Shown one piece after another: positions 26,701 to 40,645 of a stretch of 64,000 nucleotides of DNA. The stretch comes from Marsupella aquatica (Eukaryota > Plantae > Marchantiophyta): assembly GCA_973895155.1 (NCBI GenBank), contig OZ316895.1, forward strand, positions 9,970,184 through 10,034,183, read 5' to 3'. Numbering within the stretch: the stretch's first letter is position 1; each line of letters opens with the position of its first letter. A program made the translations under genes and the position numbers. Under the pieces are notes generated by a model that did no database searches, was not told the origin of the DNA, and worked only from the letters and a program-made list of their open reading frames with translations.

Positions 26701-28689
26701 CTCCTTCCTTCTCTTAACTTTCTATTTTCACGTCCTTTATAGTCCTCTAGATTGGAGCCAAGCTCTTGAAGTGGATGAGGAGGTGCTTCTTTTTGCTGTC
26801 CGATGAGTTTATCTGCCTCATGTGTTGTATCTTGGTCTTGGCCGTTCTCCTCTAGTGAGCTGGATTCACGCTGGCATGGGATTACTAATACTTTTTTCCT
26901 TCGTCTTGTTCAATGCCTATTCCAACTGTCTGTCTAGGCTATGGTTGCTCGAGGAGATCTCGGTGCAGAGCTTGCGGTTGAGGAAGTCCCATTGCTCCAA
27001 GTATGATCGCGTGTTATCTGCTTATTGATTACTCTTGGATTCCATTCGGGGAACCGAATAGTTACTTTATCAGCTTAAGTAGCATGTAGAGTAAATAATA
27101 CCTGTATTGCTCATCATCCATGATCGGTCAGTTAATGGTGGTCATTGTGACCTCGTATGTCATTAGAAGGGTTGAGATTGGAGTGAAGTACAATTCTGAT
27201 TCTTAAAAGCTTTAAGAATGTACTTGCCATTGTATGAATGCAACTTGCCCAGTCTCATCGTGAAAGAACGTGTGCAGGGTCAAATCATCAGAAGTTGCAG
27301 AAGCATGGGGAAGCCGGTAATTGTTGCCACCAATATGCTGGAGAGCATGATTAATCATCCTACTCCAACTCGTGCTGAGGTCTCAGATATTGCAATTGCT
27401 GTGCGAGAGGGAACCGATGCAATCATGCTTTCTGGAGAAACTGCACACGGAAAGTATGTTGGTCTCAGACTTGTGATAGAAGATAACTCATGCGTCTTTT
27501 TGGTCGCTAAGGAGAAGTAATAGGTGAATAGTAACTATTCTTACTGTTCCTGACTCTAGCTGATGAGCCTGAGTGACACACTGCAGGTATCCTTTGAAGG
27601 CTGTGAAGGTGATGCACACAGTAGCACTGCGCACGGAAGCTACTTTGCCTGAAGAGCAGCCACCTGCCAATTTGGGCCGTGCTTTCAAGGTTATCTGTCG
27701 ACAAATGCTTCATTATTCTTTTAGGTTGTGGAATAACGGTAGTCTGTCTGGAGGTTTTAAGACTAACAAAAACAAGGATGAAGCACGACGGTGTAGTAAA
27801 GAAGTAACGATGTTGATATTCATACGGAAAAATGCTGTACGGCAGCAGGTTCTTCCAATTTTTGTTGAGAAGGTTTTTGTCGTTTTGGACAGGTGGTGAG
27901 CTATTTCCAGCCTGTATGCAATTTTTAACAGACTGCTTGACTTTGCAGAATCACATGAGCGAGATGTTTGCCTTTCATGCCACCATGATGTCCAATACTC
28001 TGGGAACTTCTATAGTCGTCTTCACACGCAGTGGTTTCATGGCTATGCTCCTGAGTCATTATCGCCCTGCCGGCACCATATATGCTTTCACCAATAAGTA
28101 TGTATACTCCATCAGGATATTGGTGTATTAATGATTGAAAGATTGGAGGCATGCAGTTATTTTGTTGAGAGTGCAAATGCAAAGGAAAAGAGTAAATATC
28201 GTAGACGGTGATTTTCTGGAATATCAAACCAAGCCGCCTACGTCGTATAATCCATTCCATCTTGGTGCAATAGAGTGTCATTTAAAGTATATAGTAATCC
28301 AATGTTTTTTTTCTCACATAGTGTGTGTTCATTCTGATTTTGCAGCAAGCACGTACAGTCGCGGCTGGCAATATATCAAGGTGTACGAGCATTGTATATG
28401 GAGTTCTCAGATAATGCAGAAGAAACTTTCTCTCATGCCCTCGCAATCTTGCAGGTATATTTAGCATTTCCGAGCTCGCGGGCCTCGGAGCATATTCGGC
28501 GTTTGGTTTCTGATTGAAGTCATTATCCTCCCTGACCATTGTTCTGTGGTGTTGGGTATACAGAAGGGGGGAATGGTCAAAGACGGAGAAGAGGTTGCCT
28601 TAGTGCAAAGTGGCAGACAGCCTATCTGGAGAGCAGCGTCAACACATCACATTCAAGTGCGCACGGTTCATTTAAAAACTACTAATTAG
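23800..28689 (+). CDS. PKP2: Plastidial pyruvate kinase, beta-type subunit, 12 exons
   Basis: Exons 23800-24099, 24784-25068, 25409-25574, 25865-25999, 26240-26350, 26588-26676, 26938-27000, 27278-27453, 27587-27689, 27949-28097, 28346-28454, 28564-28689. Ser/Ala-rich transit-like N-terminus, [11 protein letters not shown]...[40 protein letters not shown]...[15 protein letters not shown] and SGRQPIWR...HIQVR. Confidence 0.96.
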
Positions 28690-31600
28690 GTGGAGTCTGA
28701 GAGTAAATTGCAAGAATAGGGACACCACTCAATGATGTTGATTGGGTCGTCTCTAAACAACTGAGGGAGGCGAAATCTTAACCTGTCATGGAGGATGATC
28801 CTTCCTTCTAACTGGCTCTTTGGGGCTCAGCAGGTTGTGTAAGTGGGATTAAGTAGCTACTCACATAGTTGCGCTTTCCATTGCTGGCAATGTCTAAGGA
28901 GAACAGCGATCTCACAAGTCTGTTTGTAGTCTAGGCACACTTTGATGTATGATTATTATGCTATGTAGCTCAAGGGTATAGTTTACGAATTTGGGTACCA
29001 GCATGGCTCAAGTTCGTTTGAGCTTGAGACGATGAGTACTAGATCTAGAAAGTGTCCTCGTCGTGACCGATTGATTCTTTCAATAAATCATGCATGTCGG
29101 TGTCTTGCAGAGTAGGCGTCTAACAATATGGTGTTATGATACTTAGACAAGGAAACACGTTTTTAACGTATCATGCAATAGGTCATTAACTCTCAAACGA
29201 ACTGAGATAGAATATAAACAGGTCTATTTGGAAATATGAAAGCTTATGTTGTAAACTGTCTTTTGGGTTTGGGCGCTACAGATTGTATCACCAGGAAGGT
29301 ATTATGCTTCACGAGGCTACATCAACTGAACGGTTTTCTTTAAGGGCCTTCAACAATGACTGGACACCCATTTGGCACTGCTGCCAGCGTGGGGGCACGT
29401 GTGACTCCAGTCGCTTGATGCCTTCAACACATAGACATGATTTGGCTTGGCATTTGTATCAGCGTGGGTGGTGTTAAGGTATAAACCTCAGTCGCGTTTG
29501 GAATCTTAATCGAAGTTTGTGCCGGAAACCCAGAGCTCTGGTGATCACATGCGCAAAGAAACTGAAATGTGCCCTCCATGAGGAAGAGAAAATCGTAGAG
29601 AACCTACAGCATGTTGACGAGAAGATTGCAGGTAAAGTGGAGGAAAATTACTGTTCACTGCCATCGCCATCAGGTGCATGGCAGTAACATATCTTTTCGT
29701 CTCTCTAAATGGTGCAGAATAAGTGCCTCGACTAGGTATGATGTGGTACTTAGGCATTCTCCTCAGTGAAAGGTGGCCAGCCAGGGTGGTAGATTGGTTA
29801 TTTGCATTCTCTGGTAATCTTTTAGAAAGCAATTTTCTGGAGTATTCTTTATTGTTCATGAAGAAATATTTCCACTTGGCGCCACAAAAAGACGTCGACT
29901 GATCCAGGTAGAAGCCCTTTTTGATCTGAAAGTTAGTCTCCGGCTGCTTGCCTTTGTGTTAGAAGCATTTTTAGTCCGAACGAGATTGAGTGACCTTGGA
30001 AGTTGTAATGGAGAACGGGGTAATATCTGAGTTCCTCGCAGTATTAACAACGGAGAGTGTATACTGGTTTTTGTTATTGATCGGAAAAATTACTGACGAC
30101 CTCCCCTTTACCAACACTGGCTGCAATTACAGAGGACGTCGCCTTTCTGTAATTGTTCTGTCGCCTCACGATCCATGTTCCCCTACTTCGCTGCTACAAA
30201 GTTTTGGGGATGTATCAGTTTGGTGCTGTAGTGGTTTCTCAATACTTCAGTACCCTTGTTCAGCTTTGTCTAAGCGGCCGAGGATCCAATACCTACACCG
30301 CAGACTTATTGAGTGGAACCGTTCTCCTATGCATGAAGCAAACTCTGAGGTCTTCTTGCATTGCCTTCTGATCATCCACTTCAGAAGATGTGTATTGCTA
30401 ATCGCGGATAGAAACTTCAGTCTTTGTGCCAGTTTTGAAGGTTCATTGCTCATCAATGCCTCAATGCCTCGTTTTCAATAAGGACAATTCTCACTTGTTT
30501 ATGTCTGGTTGCAAGTCGAGATATATGGAGAAATCGCGAAAGTATTTCACAAGAATTTATGCTTCATACGAACTCATTCGTGGAGCTTGATTTAAGACAA
30601 AAACCATGTCAAAGTTTGAGGTAAAAACTCAAAACTTTCCACTAACACGATAGAGTTTCCAGTTAGACTTTTCATGCCCTCTCTGTTTGAACGCAGAGCA
30701 AAGTCAATGAGCTGTCGTACTGTCAATGCCAGCCATGGTTTTGGGCGAAGATTTGCTCATTACTTACCTTACAAGCAGGCCTACAAATGATACTCAGGCT
30801 AGAAAAAAGAAAAACCTGTTTCATTTGCCTTCATGAAAACTACGACGTTGGAGCTTTTGCCGTTCACTTACCTGCAACATAGGCAGCACATAAAACTCGG
30901 ACTAAAACGAATATCTGCCATTCGCCACAATCGAGTCCACCATGGGGCAGAATTTGCCGTGAAGTATTGTACAATCAACATAGGCAGGCGAATAAAACTC
31001 AGACTAAGATGGAAACGAACCTCTACCATTTGCCTCAATCGAGTCCACTATGGGGAAACATTTTCCAGAAAGTGTTGTACAATTGACTATCAGTACTTCA
31101 TAATCAGAATTCATCCCTGTCCTTTCAAAATTTTCTTGAGACTGCTATATCAGATTTCATCCCAGTCCTTTCAGAGAAGTTCCTGCCCTGCTTCTAGAGC
31201 TAGTTGCCACGTTGATTTTAGAAAACAAGAAAAAAAATGGGTGGTCAATGCATGGTTACTGAAAAGTTACTTTCTAGTCACTTTCCTGAGTCTAATAACA
31301 ACTTCCTAAGAAAAAGTGCTTGGTCCATTGAAGTTTGGCATTGTGAGGTAAAATGTTGTGGTCCATCCCAATATCAAATTTCCCATGACACTTTTAGTAT
31401 GAAAATATTTATCAGAGTTTGATCAATTGTGATCAATGTGATCATTCACAGTTGTCATATTTAAACCAAAGTTTATCAGACCCTTGAGCCACTCTCCATG
31501 AAGTTCAACTCCCTCACGAAGTAGAAGAAAAGTGCCTCTTGAGATTTGGGGGAGGCCAATCATTTTTATTTGAGGGTTAGGAGGGTGGGAGGATGCTTTG

Positions 31601-33037
31601 ACAGTATCAACAAGGTGCCCAAAGGAGTAGAACAATATCCCTACCAAAACATTATAATATCATGACACACTAACACTAAACATATAGTTCCAGCCTTGAT
31701 ATGTTCTACTGTCTGCCGCCTTTGGTGGATCGGATATGCAATTCATGCAAAAAACTCTACCATAAAGTACCATCACTAGACTTCATCCAGTCAGTTGATA
31801 AATATACTAAAGTTCAATAAACAGTGGCTAACCCTAAACTAAAGTTGGACAAATGCTTAACAAAAAGTAGGAACTGATTAGTGGAAAAAGCTCAACTATA
31901 CTTGCAACTTGTCCACTTATGACCTCCCTCCTGTTTTCTTTCTTATTTTGGTCCCAAAGCCCAACGCACTCTTTTATTTTTATTTTTCATCCAATATTTT
32001 ACATCGCATAGGTTTGATGAGGGTCATCCCAAAGTTTGGGAGATTTCTTTTTCTCAAAGTTATTTTGTAAGTAGGTTACACCCAATAAAATGCTGAGCCC
32101 AAACAGATTTGAGAAGACAAATTATGGCTAAAACACTTTCCACACCTCTTCAGATGCTGGTGTACCCCAATAGCACAGAAGCAAGGCAAAATTGTGGTTA
32201 GACAACTTGTTTGATTAATCTGACAGACCTAAAGTACCCAAGTAGCAAAGAAACAACCTTGCAAAAACCCAAATAGAATGATTGATGGACTTTAAAATTA
32301 CACTTAAATTGAAGTGCACACCATTATTGTTAATTACAACATCTGAACTCATCCATCAATCTGCAAAATACAACAACATGCTCAACTAAATGCACCTTTC
32401 TTGTGACTGTTGCGTCTGGTCGTCCACCATTCTCTTTGTTTATTTTTTCCCTCACATGTTGAAATGAGCATGGATTTTGGAGACTATGATCTGTTGATGA
32501 TATAGCTACATCAGTCTAGTGCTTCACTATTTTAACTTATTGAAAAATATATAAAACCTAAGTTATACTATCATTTCTAAATTTATTAAACTACAAATTT
32601 TGCATAAGACAATGGAAATATAAAGTAACCATAAAACTTGCAATTACGAAGAGCATGTGAATTGAAGCCCATTGAAAAATCTCAAACTCTGTGCCCAGGA
32701 TGGGGAGGCACCGGCCCAGAGGAGGCTGGTGGTCATGGAAATATCAGAATGATTTCTATGTTAAATATAATTAAGGTACAACCTTTTTTCAATACATCTA
32801 TGTGATGCATTGGTAGAGGTGTCCAGTTTGAACCTTGAGGTCACTAGTTCGAATCACTAGTAGTTTTTCTTGTCCCTCCAATTAACAGCAGAGAAAGGTG
32901 GCACAGAAATAAATAAACTTAAAGGGTTCAATCAATTTCTACATTGAAATAATAAATGGAATATATACGGGGGGTTCAAGTAATTCACACAGAGAAAAAA
33001 ATACAAGGGAGCTAGCCATGGGAGGCTCAACTCCAAT

Positions 33038-33108
33038 TTGTCGTGCTCGACGTCCTCCAGCAGCAAGGTGTTTCTCCAAGATGAATAGTTCTGTGTGGCA
33101 TTTGGGGG
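33038..33108 (+). repeat. 71-bp copy of pyruvate kinase exon 1 (source 23845-23915)
   Basis: 69 of 71 bases identical by direct comparison. Confidence 0.93.
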
Positions 33109-33111
33109 TTT

Positions 33112-33133
33112 ACCCTAAACCCTAAGTCCTAAA
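33112..33133 (+). promoter_or_regulatory. Telo-box-like motif (ACCCTAAACCCTAA) upstream of the ATXR2-like gene
   Basis: Plant telomere-like AAACCCTAA about 100 bp before the start codon. Confidence 0.5.
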
Positions 33134-33230
33134 CTTTCGCAATTGTTGTCACTAGTTTCCTCGACCAAGTCTCGTTTGCGTCCAGAAAATTGTCACCTGA
33201 TGCCGAGGGAGCTCAGGTCTGCCTGTAGTC

Positions 33231-36200
33231 ATGGTGGAGCAACTGCTGGCACGTCCGCCGATTCCGCCATGCGGGTGAGTTTGTTGTTGTTGTTGTGGTT
33301 GCTGTTGTTTCTATGAGTAGTACCCCTTCTATCGTTTTTGTTAATTCTATGTCACATCTCGCGCATTGCATTGGAGTCCAATATTATCAGCTAAGGCGGT
33401 CTTTGTCTCATCGTCCGTCTCTGAAAGTTATAAATTCTGAAAAGTAATCCATTAGTTTCGTTAGAGGGGAATTGACGATGTAGTCACTCATTGACGATGC
33501 TTGGGAACTTGCATTGAATTTTGGTTGTATCAGAGATTTTGCCTCGTTTGTAGTCGGTTATTCACTTCGTTGTGACAAGCAAAGTGTCAATCGCGGATAT
33601 ATTTGAAGTAGCTTGGCCTTGTGAAGGATGTGGGTGAATAAGAGTTTACATACGGGCAGAATTTTTGAGTTGAGAAACTGAGGGACAATAGAGTGGCTCG
33701 ATTGGGGGCTCTTTACAATTCTTACTGCTAAACTTTGAAACCCTTGAGATTCCTTGTGCACATAGCAAGTATTGAATACTATCTTCATGCAGTTGCAGTG
33801 CAGCGCATTGTCCATGACAAGTTTAGTGCTAGATGTGTGATGTGTAGCTTCTCTGCCATGAGTGTAGTAAGTGTCCACATCTAAAACTATGGATGGGACT
33901 GTGCCACCAGAATTATTATGATAAGCTGTCAGCATCAGGAAGAGGACCTGGGTTGCGAGTGGACCAGATTGGAGGTGCTCTGGGAAAAGGTAGGGCATTC
34001 ATGTACCCTTGTTCTAGTTTTACCGTTTCTCCAAATTGGTAGTGAAAGGTTTGCGCTGAACCATGCACATGCCATGCCATGCCATCTCTTTATACAATGC
34101 AGCCCTGGTATGTAATGCGTGCCTCCAGGTTTGTTCGCTGAGAGAGTTTTTAAGGAGGATGATCTTGTGCTACGAGAACTGAAGCTGGTTGGAGCTCAAC
34201 ACACTGCAAATAAGGTGCCCTCTCTTTTCTGTCCTTTAAGTATTTTGCTGTATATGTAAAGTACTTTCGAGGACGTGCCTGAAGGCCATGACTTACATTC
34301 ACTTGTTCTTTTTTGCACAGCGAGGATACGGTTGTGAGGTCTAACTGACATATTGTATTTGTGAACGTCTTTCAATCAAACAGGCAGATGCTCTGGTTTG
34401 CAGTTTCTGTTTCCAGTACATCGGCTCCCTAGAGCTTCAAATTGGACGTCGACTTCTTGAGGGAGGAGATGAGTGTTTACCCGATGCTTCCCAACATCAT
34501 CACCAATCGCATACTAGTACACGCGGACCAATAATAGCTGGGTCCAACTCCAGGGGATTGGAGGATTTAGCTATGGATATCGACGAATCTAGTAGACAGG
34601 AAAGTAATGATGGGGAAGAAGGGTGTGGTTGTGAGGACTTGCCGAGTGGAAAGAAACCCATCTCAGCAAAGCTCGTGAACGCACTTTTGAATGGTGACAT
34701 TAGCTTGCCTGAAAAGGACCTCTTCCCATTACCCGCAATAATAAATTGCCTTGGTGGTTGCAATGAAGAACTCTTTTGCAGGTTCGTATTAATGATCAAG
34801 TTTTAAAGTAGTAGCGAAGTCACCATGTTGCAGAATTGTTTTCAAATGTCCTTTGCAGAAGGATTTTGTGGCTTTCATCTGCTCTGAGGTACTGTAGGCT
34901 CTCGCTAAGAAAGTTAACTCCAGTTTTCTGAACCTTGAAGTTGTAGTGTTGCAGCCATCTATTTTTCTGGAGAGTATTTGGATGAACCTGTCAATTTTCA
35001 ACTGTACTTGGGGGGCAGGTAGGAGCGTCTTCTGGTTAAGAGTTGGTAACAGCGATGTTGGTGCCAGCAATGCATGTGCAGGTGACGCATGGAATAGCTA
35101 CCACTCACTTCTATGCAGTGGTCCAGGTTCACTGTGTCAGGACCAACAAGCCCTGGCCAGATTCAAGGACTTTGCAGATGGTAGGTCACAGTTTGCCCTG
35201 AATTATGTGTGTTGGTCAGCTTACAGGTAGGCTATACTGCTTTGGGCTGGGATTGAGAATCCTTATAAAACTGATTCACGTATTTATGCGCTGTCAAGAA
35301 CACGCGTGCGCCTTGTGTAGTTCCATTACATTTATATTTATATCCGATTGCTCGAATTTGGAAAAAAATAGATGTTTGTTTGTAACATCGAGTTATCGTG
35401 TGCAGAAACCAATGACATATTTCATGTTGCTGCCCAGGTATGTAAATATCGATTGCCGTGTGACGACATGACTTGTAAGTTTTTATTTAACGGAGCATAA
35501 GTAATCCTGGGTAAGTGTTGGGCCTGAATCCTGTAGGTCATCTGGAAGGTGGTGGGAAGCTGTTGCATTGCCATCCGGGATGAGTTCCTCAGAGGAAACA
35601 GCGTTCAGAGAACAGATACAAGGGCTTGCCTCCAAGGTTTGTTTCCCAAAATGATTGAGATATAAAGGTCGTCTTGAAAGAATCAACATAATGTTGGAAA
35701 TATCAGCAACAACTTGCTTTATTAGTGTGCTCCCAGCTTTTAAAGCAGCGAGATGTTCGAACAGTATACTGGTGGTAGAGTTTGAGTTTGATCATGAATG
35801 ATGAAAAACCACACTAAAGACAGCACAAGTATTCATGAGTTATTTATTAAGAAAACACTTTTGGATACATAATTTGTACAGAAATTTATCCAGTCGGATG
35901 TTGGTTTGGCAGTCCTTGAAATACTTGAAATAAGCTATCTATGAAGAAGGGTTTTCTCCTTGTATCCTTGTGAACGACTACCTTCTCGACTCTTTCCCTT
36001 TCTGTGCTCTCCTTAACCAGCTCGAGTCAGTAGACGTACGATTCCTTAAATTTTCATTCGAACTCTATTGAGTAGTAAAAGTGTGCTTGTGGATCATTGT
36101 TGGCAGCATCAAGGAGTCCTAGCCTTGTTCTTTCTCTACCGGGCTTTTTCTTTCTTTTGTTGAAGGACGTTGGTATCTGAATGTAGTAGACAATGTCCAA

Positions 36201-37945
36201 CTTTAACTGGATTCTTCAGTATTTTCTATGGAGGTTTACGGGCACGTTATCGGCATGTTCGAGCAAAACAACTTGTAATGGTTTCTCCTGTAGATGTTCA
36301 CTTTTCTTTTTGAAAATAAGCTAAAAGCTTTCTTCTTCATTGTGAAGATAAATCTGCTCACATTCTCTCTCAAATTTTCTAGCTGGTTACATGTTCAGGG
36401 AGATAGTGGTCGCTTCACCAGTGGAGGACTATTTCATATACATTGATGATCTTCCACCTTTGGCCAAAGTAGGTTCGGCTGTTCAAAATTACCCCTTGTT
36501 TCTAGAAGAAATCTATCGTTGCATTTCTGGGTCCCGGTGGCATCCATTCTTCTCATTCGTAAACGGCAATCTCTTTGGACGGCACAGAATATTATGGACG
36601 ATTACTAAATTCGCTAAAATCTCTGCATGTCACATCTCGTAACCAGGCTGAAGCGGACTTGATTGTTAAGCCATTCTTAGATGCCTTGGGTTCTGAATAT
36701 GCAGCTTATTGTCAAGGTAGTACCCTTTCCTGAACTTTGCAACATTTTTTGACAGCTGTTTAAGTTTGTTGACGTACTGGGCCTTTCACTAGTCCATCGA
36801 AGTTATTTCTGCTTAGGTTCTTTCTCTGATAAATGTCATGCAAGATCCACGTTGTCAGTGGGCCTCACAGGTTCCGCTCAAAGTTTTGATTCACTTCAAG
36901 GTTTGAAAGTGACCCCAGCTTCAATGTTGCAGGTTCAGGATTTTTTGCTCTACAGAGTTGTATCAATCATTCCTGTCAGCCCAATGCGAAGGCCTTCAAG
37001 AGGGATGAGGTAGGTTTTGTTTTACAAGTTTGAAAACGAAATTTGTAGAGGTAATCTGTGTCATGTAGAAGGTTCGTTAATTTATTTTTTCTCGTGCTAG
37101 TGTCTTGAGTCTTGCAGTATATTGCTCTTGATGCCCATTTTTATGTAACTGCGAAGCTTAACTTTGATTGCCCGCCTTACCAGTATTAATATGACTGTTC
37201 TTGATATTCACCAGGACAGGGATGGCCATGCTGTGGTGCTCGCAGCAAGGCCAATCAGGAAAGGTGAGGAGGTATGTACAGTACCTCCGGCTCTTCTCCT
37301 TCGCTCCTCTCCTTAGACTACATATGAACATAGTCTAATTTCCAAGATGAATATTTCTTTGGTGGCTCGTCTGCCATTGCATCTTCAGTATGAATTATCA
37401 AAAGTGATCCTTCGGGAAGTTATCAGCTAGGCCTGACTGAAAAGAGTGAAAGGTGGCTCGTATGAGTTCGTTGAATCCACCGTACTTTCCTTTGAGATAA
37501 GTTTCCCCTAGCTTTGGCCATTTCACCGTATCCGTGTTCTACTACGAGAAACTGCCTCTGACTGGCACAAGAGAGATTACCCAACTTCGTCCGAAACTCT
37601 TGGTGTCGAAAGAAAGGGGATGTGTTGCTTGATTTGGTTCGCACATAACGGTTTTCGATTTATAGCTGAATTCTTTGTCTGAGATCGAGAGTCTAATTTG
37701 GCTCCAGTTTTTGGCCTTGAGTTGTCGTGTGGATTTTTATGAACAATAGCAAGGATTCAACATGATGGTGGATATCTAATGTTGGTTGCTTGGAACTGTC
37801 GTCCATGCAGATAACAATAAGCTATATTGATGAAGATGCAGACCTTGATGATAGGCAGGCTATGCTTGCTGATTATGGTTTTGTTTGCTCCTGTCCTCGA
37901 TGTAAAGAGGAAAGGATCCAAAGCGAATCGATTTGCAAATCTTGA
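33231..37945 (+). pseudogene. ATXR2: ATXR2-like split-SET/MYND histone methyltransferase, apparently disrupted
   Basis: Spliced exons give LVCSFCFQYIGSLELQIGR, CLGGCNEELFC, AWNSYHSLLCSG, ETNDIFHVAAQ, RWWEAVALP, YGHVIGMFEQNNL, VASPVEDYFIYIDDLP, QSCINHSCQPNAKAFKR and ISYIDE...DYGFVCSCPRC. Lesions: probable 1-bp frameshift in exon 1, loss of most of one exon at about 35540, and in-frame TAA at 35931-35933. Confidence 0.88.
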
Positions 37946-38920
37946 CCAGTTGACGTAGTAAAGTTTCGCAGCAGAGTTCGTAGTCCCCATTTGGGCTCAT
38001 TCTACCGAAGTTGCCATGTATAAAGTACAGTTCTCTCAAGAGGAAGTTCTATTAAATAAAAGAGGGCTGCCTGCCCAAGGGCTTTCATATAGGGGGTTTA
38101 GAGTGTAGGGTTTCTGAGCATTTTCGAGCTTTATTTTGAACAACTTAAGACCAATACTTAAGCTTCCATCCGTGATGTTTTCCCTTTATCAGTGTGCGCA
38201 GGAGGGCATTTGCCTCTTTGAGTATCTCGGATTTGGGGAGCATCTTGCTTATTAGCCATGGTTTAGATTTCACCCCCTTGGCATTGGAGAGGAGTTTTTA
38301 TGTGTTGTGTCTTGGACTCTATCATCATCACAATATTGTTGTGCATTATCCTATCATCTATCTCCATATCAGTTTCCAGTTGTTGTTCTTGGAGGAGTGA
38401 TTGGATTGTAGGCTATGTGGATGACTTTAATACTTTCAACAGAATCTCACTAGTGGCCATATATCTTGCATTGAGAGCTCCATATCTAGACATATGACTC
38501 CTTATCCATTTCATCTAGCGTATTTATGGTTTTGAGAGCCCCCTGGTATAGTTTCATCTTACCTCTATAGGAGAGTACACCATTATTTGAGCCATTCTTT
38601 TTCTTCTAAGGGTACATGATAGGAAGATGTAAGAATACACATTTAACTGCATTGCGAGCAAGTGCCCACTGGCCACCCTTTATGTATATTTCTCATTACT
38701 TTTTGATAATATCCTAAACCCATTTGTCCACCTGATCAGGTAGCTTCTGCACTAGTCATCCTTTTCACGTAGTTGTGGTGTTTGGTGGGGTCCTTACGGG
38801 TTACCCTCAAATTTAGAGCTCCACCTGGGTTTTTGGTGTGCTGCAGGTGTTCTTTGGATACTCGGTTCACCACTTGGTACTGACTACTTTTGCTAGTTCT
38901 TTATATGCCTCCCCCCAAAC

Positions 38921-39227
38921 CCTTAAGAAGAATACTCTAGTGTAGCAGTTGCCTAACCCTTATGGAGAGTACTCTAGTGCAACAGTTGCCTCCCCCAAAC
39001 CCTGGAGAATACTCGGGTGCAACAGTTGCCTAACCTTCATGGAGAATACTCTAGTGCAACAGTTGCCTAACCCTTATGGAGAGTACTCTAGTGCAATAGT
39101 TGGCTCCCCACAAACCCTTATGGAGAATGCTCGGGTGCAACAGTTGCCAAACCCTTATGGAGAATACTCCAGTGCAACAGTTGCCTAAGCCTGATCAATG
39201 GAGAATAAGTACTCTAGTGCAACAGTT
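38921..39227. repeat. Minisatellite of about 37-43 bp, 8 units, with a palindromic GCAACAGTTGC core
   Basis: Units resemble CCTTATGGAGAATACTCTAGTGCAACAGTTGCCTAAC. One more unit follows the SINE at 39528. Confidence 0.92.
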
Positions 39228-39527
39228 TTTTTGCCTTGAATACCAAAAGCTGACCCATCCGACACACCCATCCGACACAGGATAGACTATTAACTCGGGA
39301 GCATCCACCTCTGTAGGGTAGCCCACAAGGGGGGTCACACCCAGTACCAGGAGGGAGAGAGGGTTGGACCAGAACCCCAAAGCAGACTAGCAGATTGAAG
39401 AGGAACCAGGACTCCCCCCACTACACCCCACCCACAGACACTCACCCTCCACACCCCTTGCATGTGGAGGGGGATTGAACCAGGGACCTCTTGGTTCTAG
39501 GCTCATCCCCTGGCCTCTTGATTCTAG
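39228..39527 (-). mobile_element. tRNA-derived SINE (about 300 bp) inserted in the minisatellite
   Basis: Minus strand has a B-box-like GGTTCAATCCC near the 5' end and an oligo-A 3' tail. Flanked by direct repeat ACTCTAGTGCAACAGTT (39211-39227 and 39528-39544). Confidence 0.7.
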
Positions 39528-40645
39528 ACTCTAGTGCAACAGTTGCCTCAACCCAAAGGAGAATAGTGAATTGACTGAGGCCCCTTTAGCGCAACAGGTT
39601 GAATGTGATCACTTCTGTTTATGTAGCGCCCCTTTTAGTGCAACACGTTGAATATGTAATCATTTCTATTTATGTTCCAAGAAATAGGGGACTCAGGCTA
39701 GTGCTCCAGTAGTGTTCATGGCTACGCAAAAGTGGGCGTAGTGCTACTGTTCATCAGTTCATGGCTACCCCGGAATTTGGCGTAGTGCTCGTGTTCATGG
39801 CTGCCCCGGAAGTGCGAGGACAGTACTGTCGAATCACGAGTTCATACCAGTGTCGAGTGTCGGCTTTGGATGAAAGATTTCGCAAGCCCTCCTCAATTTA
39901 CACACTGTAGTTCAGTGCCAATTCCCCTCCTGGCTCATGCAAAAGCGATTGGCCCGCAGAATGTCTGTACATTGCATCCGCCGCGCGACGATGGCGGAGA
40001 AACTTGCAGACTGATGCTCAACCAGCAGCCGTGATTACTGCCGGGGCAATTCTTCGTCGATCCATACTCCCGTAGCCTTCATGCAGAAAGTTGCGTCGGC
40101 TTGGGCGATCTCGCAACCCAATCCAGGAACCGAGCAGAGATTTTCACAAATAATAGTATGAGCGGCTCAGGGTTGAGTTCGATTGACTAGTAAGTCGTCG
40201 TACAGGTTGAACTGGATGATTTGTAGCAATGGGTGATTGGTGCCAAATTGAACGAGTAACGTGGAATTCAATCTGCGATAAGGGATGAGATTAAACACAT
40301 TTCAGATGTACTGTACGTACTGGCAAATGATGTCGTGGGATCCTGAATCATTCTGTACCAAATCGGATCCTTGCGATACGACATGTCTACGTGACTGGCG
40401 GTGGAATCGAGACAGTCGATCGATCATGGGGAGCGGTCAACTACGCGATCTCAAACGTAACACGATCATACTGCTTCTGTCACTGCTTTCTCGCTAATCA
40501 TAAGTTGCAACTCATAACACTGTTCGAAGACGGGACTTACTATGAACTTTTATCTCTTTATACTTTTCTTTCTGGTTCCACAAATTATGATACCGTAAGT
40601 ACCTACACGCCATCATTCTGTCAATACTCAATACTGCCAACTGAC

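Noticed and set aside
38075-38900. Solo LTR-like segment
   Set aside because: Composition is suggestive, but no clear TG...CA ends, TSD, PBS or PPT.
38921-39227. CRISPR-like array (about 37-bp partly palindromic repeats)
   Set aside because: Units are directly tandem with no unique spacers, there are no cas genes and the context is eukaryotic.
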